NCBI GenBank assembly: GCA_964347335.1
Contig: CAYFYO010000002.1
Coordinates: 4,911-68,910, forward strand
Source: an uncultured Thermodesulfobacteriota bacterium
GTDB lineage: Bacteria > Desulfobacterota > BSN033 > WVXP01
DNA: 64,000 bases
Reading direction: 5' to 3'
Part shown: one piece after another, positions 56,840-64,000 of the stretch
Layout: each line of letters begins with the position of its first letter
How positions within the stretch are numbered: the stretch's first letter is position 1
Made by a program: the position numbers and the translations under genes
Notes under the pieces: generated by a model
The model's input: only the letters and a program-made list of their open reading frames with translations
Databases searched by the model: none
Told to the model about the DNA's origin: nothing

Positions 56840-57790
56840 TTATCCGGATATAAACTGGTAGTTCTTGATACCCTTTTTGTCCAAATCAATGATGACACCT
56901 CTCAAAATCCCCTCCGAGTACTCACTGCCGGGATTCAAACATAATGTTCTCCCAATCCTAAAAGCACCCCTTGACTCATGAATGTGTCCGTGTAACCCCA
57001 AAAGGGGCTGATATCTCTCTATACAAACCCTAACGGCCTCACTGCCCACTGGAACCTCATGAAATTGGCCTCCCAGACCCACTGGCCTCAAACTCTCATC
57101 GATTTCAATGGCCGTGTCTATCCCAGTATCGTTAGGAGGACAATGCAGATTAAAGATACACTTCTCCATGTTCTGGATCCGCGAGGCTACCTCTTCGATC
57201 TTCCCCCTCATCTCTTCTTCAGAGACATCTCTGGGACACCTCCAGGGAGTAAGATTAGACAAACTCGAGCTTATCATCTCATGGTGCTCATCAATCTGAA
57301 CTACCTGGTCCTCCGGATCGACAACATAGTCAGAACTCCTCAGTATTGCATTAATGTCCCAAGGATCATCATTGCCTCCGGTCATATAGCATCTAATTCC
57401 AGTAGGCCTAAGACGTTCCTCAGCTAACTCTATCCACTGCTTTAGCCTATCTCGCATCAAACTAGCAAAAAGCTCATTCTTTTGTTCTGGAGAAGAACTG
57501 AGCTTCTCCTTCTCCTCGGCAGTAAGGACATAGAAATAGTAACCTGAATTTACAATCCGTTTTTTCAACTCTTCCAGCTCTTCTGGTGTTCTCAAAGTAC
57601 TTGATTTCTCGAAGAAATCACATTGAAATCTATCCTCAGACACTCTAATGATAGGAACGATCATTTTCCCCGTGAGATCACCACCCAGAATAAGAACATC
57701 CGCCTTATAGAACTTCCCAGCATTGACAAATTTTCTAAAACATCTCTCCGACCCGTGAACGTCCGTGGCAAAAAAAACTCTCGTGGCCAT
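56840..57790 (-). CDS. calcineurin-like metallophosphoesterase
   Basis: Metallophosphoesterase motif series DVHGSE, GGDLTGK, GGNDD, GHIHE. 316 aa. Confidence 0.7.
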   Translation of the reverse strand: MATRVFFATDVHGSERCFRKFVNAGKFYKADVLILGGDLTGKMIVPIIRVSEDRFQCDFFEKSSTLRTPEELEELKKRIVNSGYYFYVLTAEEKEKLSSSPEQKNELFASLMRDRLKQWIELAEERLRPTGIRCYMTGGNDDPWDINAILRSSDYVVDPEDQVVQIDEHHEMISSSLSNLTPWRCPRDVSEEEMRGKIEEVASRIQNMEKCIFNLHCPPNDTGIDTAIEIDESLRPVGLGGQFHEVPVGSEAVRVCIERYQPLLGLHGHIHESRGAFRIGRTLCLNPGSEYSEGILRGVIIDLDKKGIKNYQFISG

Positions 57791-57802
57791 TAACTCTTCC
57801 CC

Positions 57803-58540
57803 TCAAGATTTCACAATATCCTCTACATCGGCGTACCATTTCATTCGAGTGCCAATCATAGCCCTTAGCTTCCACCCCAGCGACTTCTCTTGCTGCTCAA
57901 TCGCACCAATAAGTTTTTCAATACGACTTTCCACCTTCGACAATTCCATACCCAAAAGATCCTTACGGTCTCTAACTTTCTCACTAAGTTTCTTCAAATT
58001 TGATTTCGCCGTATAATAAAAACCCCAATCACCCGAAAGAAGTTGAGCAATATATTTTGAATTAATTGTCTCCTCGTCATTTCCCGACACATCGTGTTCT
58101 ATGAAAAGCACGATCAGATCTTTGAAATCCTTCTCGGTGATTTTAACTATCTGTAGCTTCTCCAGTACTAAGTCAGCGAGACTTATCGTCGGGTAATCAA
58201 CGGTTAGGCGATTCTTGAACTCTATGCAATGACACATTTCCAACCGGTCGAAAAAGACATCTGCCACCCGATTACCGCTACTACTAACAAATTTCTTTCG
58301 ATCCATGAATCGTCCGTAGTTTAGCGAATAACCCAACTCCTCAAACATAGAGACGACCTGTCCTGAATAAGACCTTAAAGAAGCAAAATCCAGATCCGAA
58401 ATATCCCGACGTAGTTGATCAAGTAGGTTGGTGGAGGCGGGGCAATGAATTCTATATGCCACCGCCCCCATTACCCTTAGGAGAATACCTCTCTCCTCAG
58501 CGGTCTTAACAAATCTCCTTGCTTCCTCCTCCCACCGCAT
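57803..58540 (-). CDS. hypothetical protein with minimal nucleotidyltransferase-fold signature
   Basis: GAVAYRIHCPASTNLLDQLRRDISDLDF fits the hG[GS]..x..DhD pattern of the pol-beta NTase fold. 245 aa. Confidence 0.4.
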   Translation of the reverse strand: MRWEEEARRFVKTAEERGILLRVMGAVAYRIHCPASTNLLDQLRRDISDLDFASLRSYSGQVVSMFEELGYSLNYGRFMDRKKFVSSSGNRVADVFFDRLEMCHCIEFKNRLTVDYPTISLADLVLEKLQIVKITEKDFKDLIVLFIEHDVSGNDEETINSKYIAQLLSGDWGFYYTAKSNLKKLSEKVRDRKDLLGMELSKVESRIEKLIGAIEQQEKSLGWKLRAMIGTRMKWYADVEDIVKS

Positions 58541-58571
58541 TTAGCTATTCTCCAATCTTACACGTCGATGA

Positions 58572-60194
58572 CTACTCCGGCGGTATTTCCTTGAAAGCCA
58601 GGCCCACATCGATGCCCTTTTTCCTGTTATATAGCTTCATACCGTAGAAGAGAAGAATCCCTGCCAAAATTACCAACAGAAACACTCCAGTTACCGGTAA
58701 GGTCCAAACGAACCGATAGGCCGGATCCACCAGGTATATGAAGGATCTCAATGCGCTAATCACGGCGAAAATGAACCCAGAAATGCTCACGATTGGAACT
58801 CTACCGATTCGTTGATTCATCGGTGACGCCTCGAAGATTTCCTTCTTCCAGTACGGAAAAACCATCGCAGCAACCCCTAGCAGTATGAAAGAAATATTCT
58901 CCAAGGAGTAAGCTGGGATCATTTTAAAAAACGCTGCCCGATAGACATAGATCAACAGACTTATCTCTCCCCCGATCATGGCCACAATGATCCCTTTGAT
59001 AGGAACTTTGTATCTGGGATTAACATCTCCCAAAAACTGAGGCGCAACCCTATCTAAAGACCAGGCCATCAGACATCTGGATATGACTGTATAGACGGTA
59101 GGGATATACATAACAGCCCAGATGCTCATGGCCACCCCGATAAAACACAGGGCAGCTATGTTATCGGTAACGAGACTAGCGAAAGTGCTATAATACGGAG
59201 GTACGCTCCAAGGAAGAGCATATCCTTCAGATCCTAAAGTAAACAGGTAGTTAAGGGATTGGAAAAGCTCAAGCCCGACAGTCTTTGTAAGCGCCCACAT
59301 TACCAGGATCAGAGAAACGGCGGCCGCCAACATTCCTCCAACTATCGCCAATATCTGGCTTCGTTCAACCTTTTTCATTTCCCCGGCTATATAGGAGGAA
59401 TTAAAGAATCCCCACACAAGGTTACCCAGGGCCGCAGTCAGTATTATCTTTGCTGTAGGTAAGTTTCTAAAGGGTAGTCCGATCTGAGCTCCCTCCGCCT
59501 TGGCTTTCCCAATGGCTACACTGGCATAGTCTTGAACAGCACCAAAGTGTTCGCTGAATTCACTGAATCGTCTTAGGAAGAACGAACGGTCTGCAGTCAT
59601 TAATAGAATAAGCGTCAAAATGAATCCAGCAATGCCAATAATGCCCATGACCAATTGAAATCGCATGTAACGTCTCATCCCCAGCATGGGGAGGATGGAA
59701 AACCCAATTATGAAAACTGAGCCAACTACAAAGGAATTGATGGGCGTTGCCAAAGATTCTGCCAGACCCATTAGAAATGGTATATTTGCAGAGGCGCCAA
59801 CTGTTGCTAGGGTCACCGGAAAACTCCACGTACCTACCATGCCAGCCCACATTCCGAGCCAAAAGAAGAAAGCCATTACGTGTAGCCAGTTGCCCACGAA
59901 CCCAATAGCCGGACTTAGAATACGGCTAACATAAACGTAGTCCCCTCCAGAACGAGGCATAGCCGTGGAAAGTGCAACGTAGCTATAACATCCACTAACC
60001 AAGACCAGGAAAGCAGCAATGGATATCGCCCAGATGAAGTGGCCCTGAGGAAACACAAAAACTGCATCTGCGATTACGAACCATGCGGCGCACCCAAGAG
60101 AATAGTTAAACATGTTAAAAAGTAGAGCTCCCGAAGGTGTCACATGTCTAATCAAACCACTAGCTGTCCTTGTAAAGACATCCTTTTGAGCCAT
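58572..60194 (-). CDS. APC-superfamily amino acid/polyamine permease
   Basis: 540 aa with 12-14 TM segments and APC-like sequence. Stop is TAG. Confidence 0.8.
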   Translation of the reverse strand: MAQKDVFTRTASGLIRHVTPSGALLFNMFNYSLGCAAWFVIADAVFVFPQGHFIWAISIAAFLVLVSGCYSYVALSTAMPRSGGDYVYVSRILSPAIGFVGNWLHVMAFFFWLGMWAGMVGTWSFPVTLATVGASANIPFLMGLAESLATPINSFVVGSVFIIGFSILPMLGMRRYMRFQLVMGIIGIAGFILTLILLMTADRSFFLRRFSEFSEHFGAVQDYASVAIGKAKAEGAQIGLPFRNLPTAKIILTAALGNLVWGFFNSSYIAGEMKKVERSQILAIVGGMLAAAVSLILVMWALTKTVGLELFQSLNYLFTLGSEGYALPWSVPPYYSTFASLVTDNIAALCFIGVAMSIWAVMYIPTVYTVISRCLMAWSLDRVAPQFLGDVNPRYKVPIKGIIVAMIGGEISLLIYVYRAAFFKMIPAYSLENISFILLGVAAMVFPYWKKEIFEASPMNQRIGRVPIVSISGFIFAVISALRSFIYLVDPAYRFVWTLPVTGVFLLVILAGILLFYGMKLYNRKKGIDVGLAFKEIPPE

Positions 60195-60332
60195 TTTCTT
60201 GTACCTCCTCCCTCAAGGTTCTCCCGACATTAAATTGAAGTCTCCCCATAACTTAAAGAATCAAATCAGGAGTTTTTGATGATCACCTCCTTTCATGTTC
60301 TGCACTCTTCCGTATCACCCTCTGAAACCCCA

Positions 60333-61124
60333 CTAGGAGGGTGAATCACACGAAGCCAGCCTACCCCCATCAATTACGAAATCAGACCCGGTGACAAAAG
60401 AGGATTCGTCCGAGGCCAGATAGAGAACTAGTGAGGCGATCTCCTCGGGCATTGCAAGTCTGTGCATAGGTGTTTTTCGGGCATGCTCCTCGAGGATTAC
60501 TTCGGCCGGCTTTCCTTTCTGGCGGGAGTAAAAATCCATTTCCCACTCAAGCATGTCTGTCCTGACGGACCCAGGGCTGATACAATTGACTCTGATGTTC
60601 TTTTGGACACACTCCAGTGCCATGGTCTTTGTTAGAAGAACTACCGCGGCCTTTGCTGCGCAATAGGCTGCATAGTTTTGGGCACCCGATATACCGAAAA
60701 TTGAGGATGTGTTTATGATCGATCCCCCACCCTGTTCTTCCATAAGAGGAATAGCAAACTTCGATACAAGAAACACACTCTTTAGATTGACAGCCATCAT
60801 TCTATCCCATTCATCTTCCGTCATTTCCACGATTTTTCTAATCAGAACAATTCCGGCATTATTAAATAACACATCCAATTTTCCGTATTCCTTTATTGTC
60901 AATCTTGCAATTCTTTCTGCATCTTCAGCCCTAGATGCATCCGCCCTGACGAAAATGGCAGAGCCGTCACCCTTATTTATTTGATTTGCGGCTGCCTCCC
61001 CTTTTTCAGGATTTCTTCCAACAATGACAACTTTCGATCCTTCACGTGAAAAAATTCTGGCCGTCGCTAATCCTATGCCGGATGTACCTCCGACAATGAG
61101 CGAGACCTTGTCTCTTAGTCTCAT
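60333..61124 (-). CDS. SDR-family oxidoreductase
   Basis: TGGTSGIG Rossmann motif, NNAG, and a Y/K active-site pair. GGAGGG lies 5 nt upstream of ATG 61124. Stop is TAG. Confidence 0.85.
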   Translation of the reverse strand: MRLRDKVSLIVGGTSGIGLATARIFSREGSKVVIVGRNPEKGEAAANQINKGDGSAIFVRADASRAEDAERIARLTIKEYGKLDVLFNNAGIVLIRKIVEMTEDEWDRMMAVNLKSVFLVSKFAIPLMEEQGGGSIINTSSIFGISGAQNYAAYCAAKAAVVLLTKTMALECVQKNIRVNCISPGSVRTDMLEWEMDFYSRQKGKPAEVILEEHARKTPMHRLAMPEEIASLVLYLASDESSFVTGSDFVIDGGRLASCDSPS

Positions 61125-61367
61125 GAAACCCTCCAAGGTCTGGTGGTACTTCCGATTACCTAGCCCGACTTCCAATGAAGCTGGAACCTCTATCCCTGGC
61201 GAGCAAAGTTCACTCTCCGTTGCTATCAAAACTTAGAATGCCACAGTGCGGCGTTGCGCCTCTCAGCCAAACCGAACTGTTATCCCTACCCGAGGCGCCC
61301 GAACCTTGGCCAGGTGTCAACATCTGAACTTGTAACTTCCAGATAGCATATATAGCGTCAATTTCAG

Positions 61368-62756
61368 TCAACGCCTACCAATTCTCTTTTTGAACCTACT
61401 AACCGAGTTAATCTCAATGTCTAACAGTTCCGCTATCCTAAACTTCGCATCGATCCCTTTGGCTCGGTTAGGAAGCGATCTTACCAAACCGATATCCAGA
61501 TCGTCTCTCACTTCGGCCATCAATACAGGGTCCGATAGATCCCTAACCGACACGGATAGTCTGCCGGCCACATACTCCTTCGCCTCTTTGATCTTCATAC
61601 CATCGGTCATTTGCATACGTGCCACAAGATCTCCCGCGGTACGCATTCCGCCCATGCCCGAGGCAACGGCGTGAGTTATCGCCATACCCAAAGGATCGCC
61701 TACACCAACCTACAATCCGTCCAACCGACAGATTTCAACCATAGCTTTAGACGCTCGGGATACTGCATCTATTGGAGGGTTGTCCACCACAGGAACCGCA
61801 CCTACGCCCATACCCATGTTCACATGGATCGGAATAGTTGAATTCTCAACACAGGTCTTCACAAATGTCACAGCCCGGGCCAAGTTCCATGGACAGGACT
61901 TGGAGGTATTCGTATTGACTACCGGGCCAAAAATAGTCACCCCTGCTTTTTCAGCCAAGGCGACTTGCTGGTGAGGATACAGCCCCGCTAGCCGTACGCC
62001 CTGATAGGTCAACTCCCCATGCATTCCAAGGATGAACTCGCCGGCCATGCCGATCTCGACACACATGTCGGGGTATTTCCCTTTGAGAATCTCGCAAGCC
62101 TCCAAGGTCGCCAGAAAGTCCGCGTCCCCAGCAGCCCCAGTGGTGTCGAAGTTGATCCCATCAGCCCCAGATTCATACATGCCGCTCGCCACATAAACCA
62201 TATCCTTAACTGCGTGCTGCACAGCAGCTTCGTAGGATGCTCTTGCTTCGACGATTTTCCCTTGAGGGAGTAACTCTGCAGGATTCGGTGTAGGGCCATC
62301 AGGCTGACTGTAGGACCCGAGATTCGGCATGGCTCCATAGAACAAGGGGATGCTTGTCACCAGGAGGGCCTGTTCAAATTCCTGCTGTTCGTCACCCAGA
62401 ATGGTCTTTACGGGTTTAAAACTGTAGTCTATATGGGCCATCTCCATGGTATCGGCCCCCAATGCGCGTTCCATAATTTGTATGTTATGGATTCTCCCGG
62501 TGTTTATTCCTAACCGCTGAAGCTTCAAGGTGCCACCATCAAAAGAAAGGACCACCTCGTTTCCTGGCTCTACACCTACAACTCTCGCTGGAGAAGCACA
62601 GATCTCAAAAAGATGCCCTAATTCGTCCTCCGAAAGGGAAGGAACGTCACCTTTCTCAGCAGCGTCTATCGTCCCTTCCTCCAAGTCCTTGGTTAATTGG
62701 GATTCATCTATTTCGATGAAAGAACCGTCGCCCATCCGTGTGATTATTTTGTTCAT
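61368..62756 (-). CDS. mtbB: dimethylamine methyltransferase MtbB-family homolog containing one in-frame TAG (61710-61712): candidate pyrrolysine read-through or nonsense-split gene
   Basis: N-terminus [11 protein letters not shown]...EIP.LS.DE and internal blocks [76 protein letters not shown]. Then [38 protein letters not shown]... continues in the same frame with no RBS or ATG. Total 462 codons. Confidence 0.6.
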
Positions 62757-62937
62757 AAACAATTCCTTTTTTGTCCAAATCTAGAACTCTTGAAATCTCG
62801 CACAGTGTCACCAGAACAGCCCCAGCCAAATTCGGAGGTTGTTATCAAATGCTCTTCAAACGACAACTCAATAACATATCCTCAACCTTCCGCTTTCGCG
62901 GGAGATCCCAGTTGGAATGGCATCATGGGTTACACCT

Positions 62938-63280
62938 TAATTCCACAAGGGGTCTGTAGGCTTCCGGGACTGATTGCCCCTTCCAATCCTTCATCATCTC
63001 CCGGTATTCAAGTAATTTTGAAATGTCGACGGCCGCTATGGCCATTCTATAGCTGAATTCACCTGCGTTGGCTAAAATCTCACCTATAGGCAGTCAAACA
63101 ATACTCCTGGAGCACGGCCAGTTTTGCCCCTTCCTCCCCAGTTCCCTCAAAAGAGCCTCTGCCTTGCCCAGGTTCTTTTCCTTATCTTTGGGATCCCACT
63201 CGAATTAGATAGCCGCCACTTAATGCCTTAAGTCTTTCCAGAACCTTCACCCCTTCTGAGATTATCCGGATACAAATCGG
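62938..63280 (-). pseudogene. decayed, internally deleted copy of the carbon-nitrogen hydrolase gene (paralog of 55977-56828)
   Basis: 62938-63088 matches 55993-56143 and 63089-63280 matches 56668-56858, at about 88% identity. About 520 bp are missing between short microhomologies (CTCCCCCATCGG / CTCCCATAGG). The frame is disrupted. Confidence 0.75.
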
Positions 63281-63307
63281 CAAACCAGGACTCGTAATAT
63301 GACTTCA

Positions 63308-64000
63308 CTACATTCTCACATTTGCTATATTAATTACCGTCTTCTTGATGTCTGTGTACTCGTGTATCCCGAACTCGCTGCACTCTCGGCCAACACCGCT
63401 GCCCTTGACTCCGCCGAAAGGACTCAACTGATCCCAGTGATTTGTCGTATCATTGACAATTACCGCGCCAAACTTCATCTTTTCACTCATTTCAATTGCA
63501 TCTCTTAAATTACTCGTGAAAACCGCTCCTTGTAATCCGTACGGGTTACTATTGGCAATCTCCAAGGCCTCTTCTTTGTTTTTCACTTTTATTATCGTCG
63601 CTACCGGACCAAATGTTTCTTCCCTAGCAATGATCATATCCTGCGTCACATTGTCCAGCACCGTGGCCTCATAGAATAGGTCCTTGCGTTTTCCACCTGC
63701 CAATAATCTTGCTCCCTTGTCCACAGCATCTTTTATGTGACGGTCAATGATCTGGGCCTGTTCTTCTGAAGCCACCGGCCCCATATCTGTTTCTTCTTTT
63801 GAGGGATCTCCAACTTTTATCTTTTTTACTTTATCCAGCAACTTTTCGACAAATTCTTCATGAACTCTTTGAAGGATTATCAATCTTTCGCATGACGTGC
63901 AGTTTTGACCGGCTTGATGGTATACGCCAAACATGGCAGCATCAACTGCAGCATCTATATTTGCGTCCTCAAGAACTACTATCGGACCAGTATCGCCAAG
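63308..64000 (-). CDS. aldehyde dehydrogenase (NAD(P)+), C-terminal part; gene continues beyond window end
   Basis: ALDH catalytic Cys context FGVYHQAGQNCTS and EETFGPV. The frame stays open to nt 64000. Confidence 0.85.
   Translation of the reverse strand, partial: LGDTGPIVVLEDANIDAAVDAAMFGVYHQAGQNCTSCERLIILQRVHEEFVEKLLDKVKKIKVGDPSKEETDMGPVASEEQAQIIDRHIKDAVDKGARLLAGGKRKDLFYEATVLDNVTQDMIIAREETFGPVATIIKVKNKEEALEIANSNPYGLQGAVFTSNLRDAIEMSEKMKFGAVIVNDTTNHWDQLSPFGGVKGSGVGRECSEFGIHEYTDIKKTVINIANVRM

Noticed and set aside
61368-61691. Treating the 107-aa ORF downstream of the MtbB-like ORF as an independent gene.
   Set aside because: Its supposed start is a TTG with no Shine-Dalgarno. It is in frame with the upstream ORF, separated only by TAG plus six codons. 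The residues across the junction (VGVGDPLGM) are conserved like the interior of MtbB.
1-64000. Search for tRNA, rRNA, CRISPR arrays and pyl genes.
   Set aside because: No cloverleaf-like conserved tRNA boxes, no rRNA-like stretches and no regularly spaced direct repeats of 25-40 bp were seen in any intergenic region. No PylS/PylB/PylC/PylD-like ORFs are present in this window.

Overview
This is a gene-dense 64-kb segment of a bacterial chromosome with roughly 56% GC and about 55 protein-coding genes on both strands. I found no rRNA, tRNA or CRISPR array by eye.

Gene content in order:
- A 5'-truncated HDAC/AcuC-family deacetylase, an HU/IHF-like protein, purQ, a ResB-type cytochrome c biogenesis protein and an ApbE flavin transferase.
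- Small secreted proteins and lipoproteins, then a nitroreductase plus DUF72 pair.
- A cNMP-binding/DUF4388 protein, a PaaI thioesterase, endonuclease III, and a Tat-less reductive-dehalogenase-like Fe-S protein.
- kdgK-eda, an ATP-dependent DNA ligase, class I and class II aldolases, a Zn-dependent alcohol dehydrogenase and a MATE transporter.
- A 1080-aa EndoQ-like PHP domain fused to a UvrD-type helicase.
- A complete his operon on the minus strand: a HisR/YerC-like TrpR-family gene, hisS, short hisG, hisD, bifunctional hisB, a hisH-hisA-hisF triple fusion and hisIE.
- A divergently encoded liv-type ABC transporter (livGF, livKHM).
- A tyrosine transposase of the REP-associated/IS200 type (RAYT) fused to a DnaA C-terminal domain and bounded by perfect inverted repeats, next to a CPA2 antiporter.
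- A 993-aa purL with an N-terminal PurS-like extension, a GlcD-like FAD oxidase and a tungsten-type aldehyde:ferredoxin oxidoreductase.
- A minus-strand block: nitrilase, metallophosphoesterase, NTase-fold protein, APC permease, SDR and an MtbB-family dimethylamine methyltransferase homolog.

Most notable observations:
- The MtbB-like gene is interrupted by one in-frame TAG at the position where methanogen MtbB carries pyrrolysine, and conserved sequence continues in frame after it. This is either a candidate bacterial Pyl protein or a recently nonsense-inactivated gene. TAG also serves as an ordinary stop for about 28% of the genes in this window.
- The MtbB block is bracketed by an intact nitrilase gene and an internally deleted nitrilase copy, which looks like the footprint of Campbell-type insertion or duplication.
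- Two dispersed repeat families are present. A roughly 250-bp element sits directly upstream of two different + strand genes. A roughly 130-bp element occurs as inverted copies whose hairpins carry compensatory substitutions.
- There are gene remnants: a PBP1B N-terminal fragment abutting the end of the his operon, and the decayed nitrilase copy.
- Candidate promoter/operator elements and an orphan intrinsic terminator are annotated.
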